Shown piece after piece: positions 1-12,747 of a stretch of DNA of 64,000 nucleotides; position 1 is the stretch's first letter; each line of letters opens with the position of its first letter. The notes beneath the pieces were generated by a model that saw only the letters and a program-made list of their open reading frames with translations, had not been told where the DNA came from and made no database searches. The DNA is from Deltaproteobacteria bacterium (GTDB lineage Bacteria > Bdellovibrionota > JACOXK01): NCBI GenBank assembly GCA_016186995.1, contig JACPKQ010000010.1:2970-66969 (forward strand). Reading direction: 5' to 3'. Position numbers and translations under genes: made by a program.

Positions 1-159
1 ATTATCTTTTCTCAATTTCATTTTTTTATAAAAAATATATTTATCCTTTGATTGCTTAATTGTTCCATCAGGGTCAGTTAAAACAAACTCCACCTCTTGG
101 GTTGAAACGTTTCTTTGAACCATGCGCTGAACAGCATGAGAACTGTACTTAATCTCCAT
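1..159 (-). CDS. DUF4258-family protein, N-terminal 53 codons only; the gene runs off the window start
   Basis: Reverse-strand ATG at 157-159 begins MEIKYSSHAVQRMVQRNVSTQEVEFVLTDPDGTIKQSKDKYIFYKKMKLRKDN. The H-A-x-x-R-M-x-x-R-x-I/V-S-x-x-E-V-E-x-V-L opening is characteristic of DUF4258, a toxin-like domain often paired with DUF2283. The ORF is too short to appear in the supplied track. Confidence 0.45.
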   Translation of the reverse strand, partial: MEIKYSSHAVQRMVQRNVSTQEVEFVLTDPDGTIKQSKDKYIFYKKMKLRKDN

Positions 160-287
160 ATTTATTTATAAACTAAATATTATAACTAGTCAATAACTTG
201 TCAATATCTAGTCAAATAAATTTCTGGAATAAGTGCTTTACGCCCCTAACCACTATATCTTGTGGTTAGGGGGAACACTAATATACA

Positions 288-752
288 CTAGCGGCAATCT
301 TCGATGTGTCTTTCTCCAACCAAAAGAACTCTATTGTGTGAAAATTGAAACCCTCGAATCATTCCATCTACCGTTTCATCAAGATGAACAATACAAGCCG
401 TTCCTTCTGTATTGGGCCGAACATGTTTTGTAAGAATGATTTCAAAATTTATCTTCTCAACATCTGGATTATTTTGAATAACATCTTCTGGTAACATAGT
501 TTCATAAGTAGCCAGACAAGGCGCCCCCTCCCCTGTGTTTCGATGGTCTAAAATGGTAACATCAGCCAATTCCGGCACAAGCACCTTTACGACAGGCGAA
601 ACGTACTCAGCGCGTGATAGTTTAAGTTTTGTTGTAGAAATATCCACATTAAGCTCCACAGTTCTTTTTGAAAGAACCACGGAGCCTGCATTGGCTACAG
701 CCACAGACATGACATAAACAACAAGCCCAACAAACAGTTTTTTATTTTTCAT
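288..752 (-). CDS. hypothetical secreted protein, 154 aa, with N-terminal signal peptide and 3 Cys
   Basis: MKNKKLFVGLVVYVMSVAVANA is a typical Sec signal peptide. There is no recognisable family motif. The gene is divergent from the LysR gene. Confidence 0.55.
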   Translation of the reverse strand: MKNKKLFVGLVVYVMSVAVANAGSVVLSKRTVELNVDISTTKLKLSRAEYVSPVVKVLVPELADVTILDHRNTGEGAPCLATYETMLPEDVIQNNPDVEKINFEIILTKHVRPNTEGTACIVHLDETVDGMIRGFQFSHNRVLLVGERHIEDCR

Positions 753-844
753 TTTTCTAAGACCTCCTTATTTAAGTTAGTTATATCTTCTGTTATATAA
801 ATAAGTAAAATTGATTTTATTTATTATTGTGATAGGTAAAAGCT

Positions 845-1711
845 ATGCTTCCAAATGCTCAAGATTTAAAATATTTCATTGAGGTTTCAAAAACACTTAA
901 CCTTACAAGGGCTTCGGAACGATTAGGAATTAGCCAACCCTCTTTGAGTGTTTCTATCCAAAGGCTTGAAAACAATATAGGGGTTCCACTTCTTATTCGA
1001 GGCAAAAAAGGTGTCGCCCTTACACAAGCGGGGCAAGCGCTTTTAACACAAGCTCACAATATTATTGATTCGTGGGAAAACCTTAAAGAAAAGGCAACAA
1101 GCACTTATATGCACATCGCAGGGCAATACACCATTGGGTGCCATCCTTCTGTTGCTCTTTATTCACTTCCACATATTATTCCTTCTCTTTTAGAAAACTA
1201 TCCACAACTTGAAATTAAATGTGTTCATGACCTTTCACGTCGAATGACAGAATCAGTCATCAGTATGCAGGTCTCTGTTGGCATTGTAGTCAATCCTGTA
1301 CCACACCCAGATCTGGTTATTCAAAAACTCTGTAGCGACATCGTTACTTTTTGGAAAGGAAAAGAAAATAACCCCCTACAAGATCCTTATTCTGGAAAAG
1401 GTGTTTTAATTTGCGACCCCGATCTTATTCAAACACAAGATTTACTTAAAAAAATAAAGAAAACAAAAATTAAATATCGAACCATTCTTTCTTCTTCAAA
1501 TCTTGAAGTCATTGCAGAACTTGTGGCATCGGGAAGTGGTTTTGGAATTATTCCAGGAAAAGTTGCAAAACGACAATCCTATATGAAACTACAAAAAATC
1601 AAACGGGCTCCTGTTTTTTATGATGAAGTGTGCGCAATTTATAGAATTGAAAACAAAAACGTTCCAGCGATTCAAATAATTACTCAAAAACTTAAAAAAG
1701 CTCTTATATAA
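845..1711 (+). CDS. LysR-family transcriptional regulator
   Basis: N-terminal HTH LKYFIEVSKTLNLTRASERLGISQPSLSVSIQRLE is the LysR substrate-binding-family signature. Length is 288 aa. It is divergently arranged with the neighbouring secreted-protein gene. Confidence 0.85.
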   Translation: MLPNAQDLKYFIEVSKTLNLTRASERLGISQPSLSVSIQRLENNIGVPLLIRGKKGVALTQAGQALLTQAHNIIDSWENLKEKATSTYMHIAGQYTIGCHPSVALYSLPHIIPSLLENYPQLEIKCVHDLSRRMTESVISMQVSVGIVVNPVPHPDLVIQKLCSDIVTFWKGKENNPLQDPYSGKGVLICDPDLIQTQDLLKKIKKTKIKYRTILSSSNLEVIAELVASGSGFGIIPGKVAKRQSYMKLQKIKRAPVFYDEVCAIYRIENKNVPAIQIITQKLKKALI

Positions 1712-1715
1712 TAAA

Positions 1716-3092
1716 TCAGAAAAAAAGCTCGAGAGCCTTTTCGATATTAGAAACCCCCACGAGTTCAATACCCTTGATAGATTTTAGCTTAGAAAGGTTT
1801 TTTTGAGGAAGAACACATTTTTTAAACCCTAGTTTTTTGGCCTCGCCCACCCGTACATCAACGCCTCGAACAGCCCTGAGCTCTCCAGAAAGCCCCACCT
1901 CACCAATAGCTAAAACATCGTGTGGTAAAGATACATTTTTAAAACTACTCATCACAACTAAAAGTGTTCCTAAATCAGAAGCGGTTTCTTGAATTTTAAT
2001 ACCACCCGCAACATTCACATAAACATCATGCCCAGCTAAAATAATGCCTGAAGATTTTTCTAAAACAGCCAATAAAAGAGAAACTCTTTGTGGATCAAGC
2101 CCTAACGTTGTACGTCTTGGGGCTGCAAAACTAGTTTGCGAAACAAGCGCTTGAAGCTCCACCAAAATGGGTCGCGTTCCTTCCAAAGAAGAAACAACAA
2201 TAGAGCCAGGGTTTTTTTCTTCACTTCTTTCAGATAAAAAGAAACTAGAAGGGTTATTAATTTCCACAAGTCCCTTTTCTTGCATTTCAAAAACTCCAAT
2301 TTCATGGGTGGATCCAAACCTATTTTTAATGGATCTTAAAATTCGAAATGAAAGTGTTGGATCAGAATCAAAATAAAGAACCGTATCAACCATGTGTTCT
2401 AAAACACGAGGTCCTGCAATAGAGCCTTCTTTTGTAACATGCCCCACAATAAAAGTTGCAATATTATTTTTCTTAGCCAAATACATAAGTCGCGCTGCAC
2501 AGTGCCTAACTTGGCTTACGGTACCTGGCGCTGATTCAAGTTCTTGAGAAAAAAGTGTTTGAATAGAATCAATAACAAGAATATGGGGTTTTAATTTCTC
2601 ACAATGAGACATTACTTTTTCAAGCCCGGTTTCAGAAAGAACAAAAAGGTTTTTTTGTGAAATCCCTAAGCGCTCTGCCCTCATTTTGACTTGTAATAAA
2701 GACTCTTCAGCAGAAACGTACAAAACATTTAGTTTTTGCTTTGTGGTATTTCCCACTACTTGTAAAAGAAGGGTTGATTTACCAATACCCGGATCTCCAC
2801 CTACAAGCGTTAAAGAACCTTGTACAATTCCCCCACCCAAAACTCGATCGAGCTCTGCAATGCCGGTTGTCATTCGGGTTTCTTCCTCACAATTGATTTG
2901 ATCTAATGTAATAGGCTTATCTTGAGAGAATTCTAGATTCTGATGTTTCTTGGGAGCTTCAATAATATCTTCATAAAAAGTGTTCCACTCATTACAAGAT
3001 GGACACTTTCCCATCCACTTTTGAGTATTATAACCACAACCCGAGCAACAATATTGAGTGTTCTTTTTCATTAAAACCATCCTACCAGCCAA
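1716..3092 (-). CDS. radA: DNA repair protein RadA/Sms
   Basis: C4 zinc finger CSGCGYNTQKWMGKCPSCNEWNTF, Walker A GGDPGIGKSTLLLQ, the KNRFG motif and a Lon-protease-like C-terminal domain. Confidence 0.95.
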   Translation of the reverse strand: MAGRMVLMKKNTQYCCSGCGYNTQKWMGKCPSCNEWNTFYEDIIEAPKKHQNLEFSQDKPITLDQINCEEETRMTTGIAELDRVLGGGIVQGSLTLVGGDPGIGKSTLLLQVVGNTTKQKLNVLYVSAEESLLQVKMRAERLGISQKNLFVLSETGLEKVMSHCEKLKPHILVIDSIQTLFSQELESAPGTVSQVRHCAARLMYLAKKNNIATFIVGHVTKEGSIAGPRVLEHMVDTVLYFDSDPTLSFRILRSIKNRFGSTHEIGVFEMQEKGLVEINNPSSFFLSERSEEKNPGSIVVSSLEGTRPILVELQALVSQTSFAAPRRTTLGLDPQRVSLLLAVLEKSSGIILAGHDVYVNVAGGIKIQETASDLGTLLVVMSSFKNVSLPHDVLAIGEVGLSGELRAVRGVDVRVGEAKKLGFKKCVLPQKNLSKLKSIKGIELVGVSNIEKALELFF

Positions 3093-3123
3093 AGTTGTAT
3101 TTTCAATGTTATATGCTAATAAA

Positions 3124-3753
3124 ATGTGCGTGCTTCAGGTTTCTGAAATTTATTACAGTATTCAAGGAGAATCTTCATTTCGAGGAGAGCCTTGTATTTT
3201 TATTCGCCTTACAGGGTGCGATCTTCGCTGCAGCTGGTGTGATACAGAATATTCTTTTTACGGTGGTAAAAAAATGAATATTTCTAAAATTTTGAATGAA
3301 GTTTCCAGATTTCCTTGTAAACTTGTTGAAATTACAGGTGGAGAACCCCTTTTACAAAAAGAGACTCCAAATCTTTCTCAAAGCCTTTTAAATGAAGGAT
3401 ATACAGTACTTTTAGAAACAGGGGGGCATAAAGATATTCAAAATATTCCTAAAGAAGTAATTACTGTTATGGATATTAAAACCCCTAGTAGTGGAGAAGC
3501 AGAAAAAAATAATTGGGACAATTTAAAATATCTAAAGCCACACGATGAAATTAAATTTGTGATTCAAGACAGAAACGATTTTGAGTGGGCAAAAAAAACT
3601 GTCCAAGAAAAATTAAAAAAAATAGAAAACCTCATTCATTTTTCTCCTGTGTTCAAAAAAATGAACCCCCACACACTTTCAAAATGGATTTTAAACGAAA
3701 ATCTTCCTGTTAAGTTTGGAACTCAACTACATAAAGAATTAGGACTGCCCTAA
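3124..3753 (+). CDS. queE: 7-carboxy-7-deazaguanine synthase QueE, radical SAM
   Basis: IQGESSFRGEPCIFIRLTGCDLRCSWCDT is the QueE N-terminus and Cys cluster. ITGGEPLLQ is also present. The start was chosen at the ATG at 3124 (MCVLQVSEIY) so the gene does not overlap divergent radA. Starts at 3058 or 3106 are possible alternatives. Confidence 0.8.
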   Translation: MCVLQVSEIYYSIQGESSFRGEPCIFIRLTGCDLRCSWCDTEYSFYGGKKMNISKILNEVSRFPCKLVEITGGEPLLQKETPNLSQSLLNEGYTVLLETGGHKDIQNIPKEVITVMDIKTPSSGEAEKNNWDNLKYLKPHDEIKFVIQDRNDFEWAKKTVQEKLKKIENLIHFSPVFKKMNPHTLSKWILNENLPVKFGTQLHKELGLP

Positions 3754-3802
3754 ATTAAGATAATTGACGCTTTAACTTGTACCATGCTACACAAGAATAT
3801 CT

Positions 3803-4792
3803 ATGAAGTTAAGAGCTTTTGTCACAGGCGGGCACGGTTTCGTAGGAAGTCATCTTGTTGAACGGCTTCTTAAAGAAAACTTTGATGTCACTTGTCTTAT
3901 AAAACCATCAAGCAACTTAAAATGGATTAATACCCTTCCTTTAAAATATTTTTATGGTGATTTAAGAGACTCTGAATCGTTAAAAAAAATATCACAAGAT
4001 TTTGATTATGTTTTTCATGTAGCTGGACTTATCCAAGCAAAGTCAGAAGAAGAGTTTTTTTCTGTGAATGAAAAAGGAACACTCCATTTAATAAACGCCT
4101 GTAAATCTACACAAAAAAATTTAAAAAGATTTATTCTTATAAGCTCTATTGCAGCTTCTGGCCCTGCTGCCGCTTTAAAACCTAGAGGTGAAGAAGATGT
4201 AGAAAACCCTGTAAGTACCTATGGCAAAAGTAAACTTGCTGGGGAAAAGGCTTTAAAAGAAAATGCGGGCACAATTGCCTACACCATTCTTAGGCCACCT
4301 GCTATCTATGGCCCACGTGATCGTGGTATTTTTTTCTTTTTTGAAGCAATCAAAAAATTAAAAGGGCTTCCTATTTTTAAACCTAAAAATAGATATTACA
4401 GCCTCATCCATGTTCATGATTTAGTAGATGCCATTTATAAATCTGCTATTTCCGAGAATGCAGCAAATCAAACTTTTAATATTGTGAATGAAAAACACTA
4501 TCCACTTGAAGAAATCGTTCAAAAAATTTCGTTTTCTTTAAAAACAAAACCTCGCGTGTATTATATTCCACGCCCATTTGTTTACGGTGCCTCTTTTATT
4601 TCTGATATTATTACAAAATTAACAAAAAAAGCTTTTCATTTTAACTCCATGAAAATGCCAGATCTAGAAGCGCAGTACTGGATTTTTTCTGCTGAAAAAG
4701 CAAAAAAAGAATTGGGCTGGTCAAATAACATTCCACTTGAAAAAGGGCTTGCGGAAACGACCCACTGGTATCAAAAATTAGGCTGGCTTTAA
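3803..4792 (+). CDS. NAD(P)-dependent epimerase/dehydratase (extended SDR) family protein
   Basis: Rossmann motif VTGGHGFVGSHLVERLL. Length is 329 aa. Substrate is unknown. Confidence 0.75.
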   Translation: MKLRAFVTGGHGFVGSHLVERLLKENFDVTCLIKPSSNLKWINTLPLKYFYGDLRDSESLKKISQDFDYVFHVAGLIQAKSEEEFFSVNEKGTLHLINACKSTQKNLKRFILISSIAASGPAAALKPRGEEDVENPVSTYGKSKLAGEKALKENAGTIAYTILRPPAIYGPRDRGIFFFFEAIKKLKGLPIFKPKNRYYSLIHVHDLVDAIYKSAISENAANQTFNIVNEKHYPLEEIVQKISFSLKTKPRVYYIPRPFVYGASFISDIITKLTKKAFHFNSMKMPDLEAQYWIFSAEKAKKELGWSNNIPLEKGLAETTHWYQKLGWL

Positions 4793-4802
4793 AATCTATC
4801 TA

Positions 4803-7484
<2,682 letters not shown>

Positions 7485-7489
7485 TGTAA

Positions 7490-9016
7490 TTAAAGCCCTT
7501 TTTTACTTTTAAATTTTTTATTATAAGCTTCAAGTGTTTGATTGAGTTTTGTTTTAAGCCCATCATCAAATGCTTTTTTTGTTTTAAGTAATTCAAGCGT
7601 TTCTTTTCCTTCTGAAAGCATATAATCAGTCAAGCCTTGTTCCCACTCACTTAAAACACCAACAGGTAAACTATCTACAAAACCATTAACCCCTGCATAA
7701 ATAGTAATGATCTGCATTTCTACCTGTTGAGGCACATATTGATCTTGTTTTAAAAGTTCAACAAGCCTTTCTCCTCTCTCAAGCTGCTTTCTTGTAGTAA
7801 CATCAAGATCACTTGCGAATTGAGAAAAGGCTGCAAGTTCCCGATATTGTGCCAAGTCTAAACGTAGTGTTCCGGCTACTTGTTTCATAGCTTTCACTTG
7901 AGCCGCGCCCCCAACCCGAGAAACCGAATTACCAACATTAATAGCAGGGCGAACACCTGAGTTAAAAAGATCTGATTCTAAAAAGATTTGCCCATCGGTA
8001 ATAGAAATAACATTTGTTGGAATATAGGCTGAAATATCTCCTGCTTGAGTTTCAATAATAGGGAGTGCTGTTAAAGAACCGCCTCCTTCTTCTTCACTCA
8101 TCTTAGCAGCACGCTCAAGAAGCCTTGAGTGAAGATAAAAAACATCCCCGGGAAAAGCTTCACGCCCTGGAGGGCGTCTTAAAAGGAGGGAGAGTTGTCG
8201 ATAAGCTTGCGCTTGTTTTGTAAGATCATCATAGATAACAAGAGCATGTTTACCATTATCCCTAAAATATTCTCCAATGGTTGCTCCTGCATAAGGAGCC
8301 AAAAATTGAAGTGGTGCTGGGTCACTCGCTGTTGCACTCACAATTGTTGTGTACTCCATAGCACCCTGTTGTTTTAGTTTTTCAATAACCATAGCAACAG
8401 TAGATCTTTTTTGACCGATCCCTACATAAATGCACTGAACATTTTTGCCTTTTTGGTTAATAATCGTATCAACTGCAACAGCTGTTTTACCCGTTTGTCT
8501 GTCACCAATAATAAGTTCTCTTTGTCCACGACCAATCGGAACCATAGAATCAATACATTTGAGACCTGTTTGAAGTGGTTCACACACAGGTTGTCTTTTA
8601 ACAATTCCAGGGGCTTTAACCTCAATCTGCCTTTTTTGGGTTGTTTTCAGAGGAGCCCCTCCATCAAGAACCTGTCCTAATGGATCAACCACCCTTCCCA
8701 AAACTTCCTCTCCAACTGGGATAGAAACAATTTCTTTTGTTCTTTTGACAGTGTCCCCTTCGCGAATATCATAATCATGTCCAAAAATGGCAACCCCAAC
8801 ATTATCTTCTTCAAGATTAAGAACCGTACCGTAAATATTTCCAGGCAACTCAACAAGCTCTCCCATCATGACTTCATCAAGTCCATGAATGCGAGCAACT
8901 CCGTCACCCACCTCTAAAACTGTTCCTGTTTCAGAAACAACAACTTTCTTTTCATAGTTTTGAATTCTTTCCTGAATAATCCGACTGATTTCTTCTGATC
9001 TTACTTCCATACTCAT
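7490..9016 (-). CDS. atpA: F1 ATP synthase alpha subunit
   Basis: [18 protein letters not shown] Walker A. Full-length 508 aa alpha. Confidence 0.95.
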   Translation of the reverse strand: MSMEVRSEEISRIIQERIQNYEKKVVVSETGTVLEVGDGVARIHGLDEVMMGELVELPGNIYGTVLNLEEDNVGVAIFGHDYDIREGDTVKRTKEIVSIPVGEEVLGRVVDPLGQVLDGGAPLKTTQKRQIEVKAPGIVKRQPVCEPLQTGLKCIDSMVPIGRGQRELIIGDRQTGKTAVAVDTIINQKGKNVQCIYVGIGQKRSTVAMVIEKLKQQGAMEYTTIVSATASDPAPLQFLAPYAGATIGEYFRDNGKHALVIYDDLTKQAQAYRQLSLLLRRPPGREAFPGDVFYLHSRLLERAAKMSEEEGGGSLTALPIIETQAGDISAYIPTNVISITDGQIFLESDLFNSGVRPAINVGNSVSRVGGAAQVKAMKQVAGTLRLDLAQYRELAAFSQFASDLDVTTRKQLERGERLVELLKQDQYVPQQVEMQIITIYAGVNGFVDSLPVGVLSEWEQGLTDYMLSEGKETLELLKTKKAFDDGLKTKLNQTLEAYNKKFKSKKGL

Positions 9017-9034
9017 GCTCCTCTATTGATTCAC

Positions 9035-9562
9035 TTATTTAAACATTAATTCCAATTGTGTTTTAAGACTTCCATCTAAAACCCTGCTTCCAACCTTCGT
9101 AATCATCCCGCCTAAAATTGTGGGGTTAATAACAAAGGTAGGAATAACTTTTTTCTTAAGAGTTTTTTCTAAACTTTCGGTCACTTCTTTTTTAAAACTT
9201 TCCGTTAAACTTGTAGCCGTTGTAATAACAGGTCTTTCAATTCCTTCTACTTGATCTAAAATTTTTTCAAACTCTTTTGCCATTTCTAAAAAGATCCGTC
9301 CTCTCTTTTTCTCATACAACAATAATAAAAAGTTTTTGGTTTCTTTTTGGAAAGAATATTTCATTACAATATCTTCTATAATTTCTTTTACCTCTGAAAA
9401 CGAAAAAACTGAACCATAATAAATACTTCTAAGATTTTGATTTATCTCTAATGCTTTAGAAAATATTTCTAAATCAGAACGTGTTTTTTTTTCTTTCTTG
9501 CTCTCTTGTGCTATATCAAAAAAGGCCTTTGCATATGTTCTTGCAACCTTTGTATGTTTCAT
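9035..9562 (-). CDS. atpH: F1 ATP synthase delta (OSCP) subunit
   Basis: VARTYAKAFFDIAQE opening is typical of OSCP/delta. 175 aa. It sits between atpF and atpA. Confidence 0.8.
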   Translation of the reverse strand: MKHTKVARTYAKAFFDIAQESKKEKKTRSDLEIFSKALEINQNLRSIYYGSVFSFSEVKEIIEDIVMKYSFQKETKNFLLLLYEKKRGRIFLEMAKEFEKILDQVEGIERPVITTATSLTESFKKEVTESLEKTLKKKVIPTFVINPTILGGMITKVGSRVLDGSLKTQLELMFK

Positions 9563-10044
9563 CGCAAACTTTGAACCTCTTCGAGCTTTTTAAGATATTC
9601 TTTGTTAAGCTTGTCGTGCGCTTTTGTATCTAAATTATTTTGAAAAATATTTTGTGTCTCTTCAAAAAGTTTTTGCTTTATTTCTTTTTCTAATCTGTTC
9701 TTAAAGTTTATCGCTTGAAGCGCTGCTTTTTGTTTTGCATCTTCTTCAATTCTTCTAAGTTCTTCTTCTGATTTGTGTGTTTGGTGAAGACGAAGCTTTT
9801 CAATATCTTTTTCAACTTCTTCCTTTAAAACTTTTTTGTATTGGTCAATATTTTTTATTCTCTCTCTACTTTTTTTTAGTGCTTGGTCGGCAAAGTCTTT
9901 TAACTCTGTTGATAAACGAATATCTTCTACAACTTTTGTGTTTCGTTGGTTCATAGCAGTTTGAGTTGGTTTTTTTAAAAGAAAATAAAGAAGGGCAACA
10001 AAAACTAAGAAATTAATAATTGTATAAAGCAATTCCATGTTCAT
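9559..10044 (-). CDS. atpF: Fo ATP synthase b subunit
   Basis: Single N-terminal TM helix followed by a long charged coiled coil. 161 aa. The position is conserved. Confidence 0.75.
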   Translation of the reverse strand: MNMELLYTIINFLVFVALLYFLLKKPTQTAMNQRNTKVVEDIRLSTELKDFADQALKKSRERIKNIDQYKKVLKEEVEKDIEKLRLHQTHKSEEELRRIEEDAKQKAALQAINFKNRLEKEIKQKLFEETQNIFQNNLDTKAHDKLNKEYLKKLEEVQSLR

Positions 10045-10046
10045 TT

Positions 10047-10541
10047 CTATTCTCGTGCTGACACTGATGAAGCATTATTTGAATGAGAAGTTGTTGAAAT
10101 TGAAAAGGGCACAAGCTTTTTTAAAATCTCTTCTGTTAATTCTCTCGTATCCTTTTTCAAAGCTTCTTTTGATAAACAATATTCTTCTTCTGAGCGTTTT
10201 TTTGCTTCACCTACAACTTTCGTAGCTGTATTTCGTGCTTCGTTAATTTTTTCTTCATTTTTTTTAAGTACTTCTTTCTTCTTAAACTCATAAAGCTCCC
10301 CTGTTTTTTTCTTTTCAGTGTTGAGCTCTTGATTAAACTCCTGATCAAGCTTTTCTGCCTGAATTCTATGTTCACGGCTCTCTTGTTTCATGTTACTTAC
10401 CCGTTTTTTTCTTTCATTCACAATTTCCAATATGGGACGAAAAAAAAAGATGTTAAGAAAAAAAATAAGTGCAACAAAAAGTCCTATAACATAAGGTAAA
10501 TATTTCAAATTTTCCAAAATGCTCAAATTTTCTGAGATCAC
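10047..10541 (-). CDS. Fo ATP synthase b' subunit, second b-type subunit
   Basis: Second b-like protein with one N-terminal TM helix plus a charged helix. It appears to start with GTG. A tandem b/b' arrangement occurs in alpha- and delta-proteobacteria and in phototrophs. Confidence 0.65.
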   Translation of the reverse strand: MISENLSILENLKYLPYVIGLFVALIFFLNIFFFRPILEIVNERKKRVSNMKQESREHRIQAEKLDQEFNQELNTEKKKTGELYEFKKKEVLKKNEEKINEARNTATKVVGEAKKRSEEEYCLSKEALKKDTRELTEEILKKLVPFSISTTSHSNNASSVSARE

Positions 10542-10610
10542 AAACTTCTCCCGTTCTCTTTTACAAGAGCTTTGGCTTTCGTAACATTGGGGCCTGTGTG
10601 AGTCAATATG

Positions 10611-11039
10611 TTAGGCTGTCTTTGCGGTTGTCCTGGGTATTGCCTTTCCATCATCAGCAAGAAGATGGGGTTCTTTTTGCTTTTCCATTTTTGTACTCCC
10701 TTCATAATGGACTCCTTCTTCAATATAAAGAGAAGGTGTCTTTATATTTCCTTTAAAAATAGCTGGGGCATAAATCTCAACTTTTTCCTTTGCAACAACA
10801 TCTCCAACCACTTCACCTGTAATAATAATAGAGTTTACTTCAATATTAGCAATAATACGCGCACCTTCACCTACAATGAGCGTATCACTTGCCAAAATTT
10901 CTCCTTTAAATTTTCCTGCAATACGAGCAGTTCCCTGAAAAGAAAGCTTGCCCTCAAATTCACAACCAGCTTCTAAAATAGCGGTTACATGCTCATAACT
11001 TTCTACTGTTTTTGCTTCTTTCTTCTTTCTAAAAAACAT
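10611..11039 (-). CDS. bactofilin (DUF583/CcmA family) cytoskeletal protein
   Basis: Repeating beta-helix rungs: ARIAGKFKGEILASDTLIVGEGARIIANIEVNSIIITGEVVGDVVAKEKVEIYAPAIFKGNIKT. N-terminal MFFRKKKE matches the bactofilin membrane-targeting motif MFxKKK. It lies immediately downstream of parB. Confidence 0.8.
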   Translation of the reverse strand: MFFRKKKEAKTVESYEHVTAILEAGCEFEGKLSFQGTARIAGKFKGEILASDTLIVGEGARIIANIEVNSIIITGEVVGDVVAKEKVEIYAPAIFKGNIKTPSLYIEEGVHYEGSTKMEKQKEPHLLADDGKAIPRTTAKTA

Positions 11040-11040
11040 T

Positions 11041-11904
11041 TTAGGCCTCCAATTTTTGGATCATGTCAACAATTCGTATTAAATCCTCTTTAGAATAAAA
11101 CTCAATTGCAATTCTTCCTCTGTTTTTAGCAGAGTTTGAAATCATGACCTTTGTTTTAAAAATATTTCTTAAAAGCTCTTCTGTTGATCTTATTTCAGGT
11201 GCGCGTTGTGGTTGAGTGAGGAGTGCAGCCTTCTTTTCTCTTATAAACTGCTCTGTTTCCCGAACGCTGAGTCTTTTTTTTAAAACAACCTCAAGTCCTT
11301 GTACCCTCTCACTTTCAGAAGAAAAAGAAAGAATAGCTCTTGCATGTCCCATTGAAATCTGACCTTGAATAATGGAGTTTTGAATATTCACTGGCAACTC
11401 AAGAAGTCTTAACGTATTTGCAATATGACTCCTATCTTTTCCCACCTTTTCTGCAAGTTCTGATTGGGTATAATGATGTTGTTCTATAAGGCGTTGATAG
11501 GCTGTTGCCTCTTCAACACAATTAAGATCTGCTCTTTGGATATTCTCAATAAGAGCAATTTCCAAGGTCTCGTGATCTTGAAAATTTTGTATTAAAGCAG
11601 GCACATGTGATAATCCTGCTTTTTGTGCAGCACGCCAACGCCTTTCTCCGGCAACAATTTCATAAACTCCGTTTTTTTCTCGAACAAGAACAGGCTGAAG
11701 AACCCCGTGCTTACGAATAGATTGGGAAAGCTCTAACAATTCTTTGTCAGCAAAGTGCTTTCTGGGTTGAAATTCATTAGGTTTAATTTTAGAAACTTCT
11801 AGTTTTTGAATATTTTTTTTCCTAAGCTCTTTTTCCTCTTCTATAGTAGCTGCATCGGGTATCAGAGATGATAAACCACGTCCTAGTCTATTTTGAGTAT
11901 CCAT
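11041..11904 (-). CDS. parB: chromosome partitioning protein ParB/Spo0J
   Basis: GRGLSSLI, the ParB box VLQPVLVRE....YEIVAGERRWRAA, and an HTH domain. Confidence 0.95.
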   Translation of the reverse strand: MDTQNRLGRGLSSLIPDAATIEEEKELRKKNIQKLEVSKIKPNEFQPRKHFADKELLELSQSIRKHGVLQPVLVREKNGVYEIVAGERRWRAAQKAGLSHVPALIQNFQDHETLEIALIENIQRADLNCVEEATAYQRLIEQHHYTQSELAEKVGKDRSHIANTLRLLELPVNIQNSIIQGQISMGHARAILSFSSESERVQGLEVVLKKRLSVRETEQFIREKKAALLTQPQRAPEIRSTEELLRNIFKTKVMISNSAKNRGRIAIEFYSKEDLIRIVDMIQKLEA

Positions 11905-11925
11905 TGAATATCCTCCTCAATTATA

Positions 11926-12747
11926 TTAAGAGCTGATTGGCGGTTGTAAAACTTGTTCCTGTGTTTTAGAAACTAGTTTTGTTTCAACCTTTGGCTCTTG
12001 TCTTTTTAATAACTCCTCCGCCAAACTTAAATAAGAAGAAGAACCCTTTGATTCGATATCATAAAGTAGTATAGGCTTTCCATGACTAGGGCTTTCCGAA
12101 AGTCTAATATTTCTTGGGATCATAATATCAAAAACGTTCTCCTTAAAATGAGCCCGAACCTCTGAAACAACCTGGTGAGACAACTTATTTCTTGGATCAT
12201 ACATAGTGAGCAAGATCCCTTCTCGTCTTAAGTTTTGGTTTAGCCCTTTTTTGATAAGTTGTACTGTGTTTACAAGCTTTGAAAGTCCTTCCATTGCAAA
12301 GTATTCACACTGCATAGGTACTAAGTAGCTGTGTGCGGCCACTAAAGCATTAATGGTCAAAAGTCCAAGAGAGGGGGGGCAATCAATAAAAATATAGTCA
12401 TAGTCATTAAGTATAGGCTCCAAATACTCTTTAAGTTTGTTTTCCCTACCAAGCACTGAAACAAGCTCAATCTCAACTCCAACAAGGCCCTGATCCGAGG
12501 GAATAATATCAAGAAACTGAAGCTCAGTCTTTATGATTGCCTCTTTAGCTGGAATTTTTCCTATCATGACGTGATAAAGGTTTTTATCAAATCCTGCAAT
12601 CCCAAGTCCGCTTGTTGCATTGGCCTGGGAATCCATATCTATAAGAAGGGTTTTCTTCTCAGAAATAGCAATAGAAGCAGCAAGGTTAATAGCTGTTGTT
12701 GTCTTTCCAACGCCACCTTTTTGATTTGCGATAGCAATAATCTTTGC
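11926..12747 (-). CDS. parA: chromosome partitioning ATPase ParA/Soj
   Basis: Deviant Walker A KIIAIANQKGGVGKTTTAINLA. Likely start is MAKIIAIANQ at 12747. The ORF extends to 12771. It has a roughly 20-aa C-terminal extension relative to a typical Soj. Confidence 0.95.
   Translation of the reverse strand, partial: AKIIAIANQKGGVGKTTTAINLAASIAISEKKTLLIDMDSQANATSGLGIAGFDKNLYHVMIGKIPAKEAIIKTELQFLDIIPSDQGLVGVEIELVSVLGRENKLKEYLEPILNDYDYIFIDCPPSLGLLTINALVAAHSYLVPMQCEYFAMEGLSKLVNTVQLIKKGLNQNLRREGILLTMYDPRNKLSHQVVSEVRAHFKENVFDIMIPRNIRLSESPSHGKPILLYDIESKGSSSYLSLAEELLKRQEPKVETKLVSKTQEQVLQPPISS

Noticed and set aside
233-433. 66-aa plus-strand ORF
   Set aside because: It overlaps the hairpin at 243-272 and runs antisense to the signal-peptide protein gene 288-752. 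No support.
753-844. LysR-type T-N11-A operator in the divergent promoter region
   Set aside because: The region is so AT-rich (TTATATAAATAAGTAA and similar) that T-N11-A matches occur trivially. A site cannot be called without comparative data.
2102-2376. Small ORFs nested inside radA on both strands. Similar nested or antisense ORFs lie within atpD, atpA, gyrB, gyrA, uvrA, mfd, mnmG, bamA and others
   Set aside because: All are embedded in long genes that have strong protein-family signatures. They are typical read-through ORFs in alternative frames of coding DNA. None has an independent RBS or conserved motif.
10538-10723. 61-aa ORF MKKESIMKGVQKWKSKKNPIFLLMMERQYPGQ... between bactofilin and atpF'
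   Set aside because: It overlaps the 3' end of the bactofilin gene in another frame and has no recognisable motif. The 69-bp true intergenic spacer is too short to hold it. It is most likely a spurious ORF.
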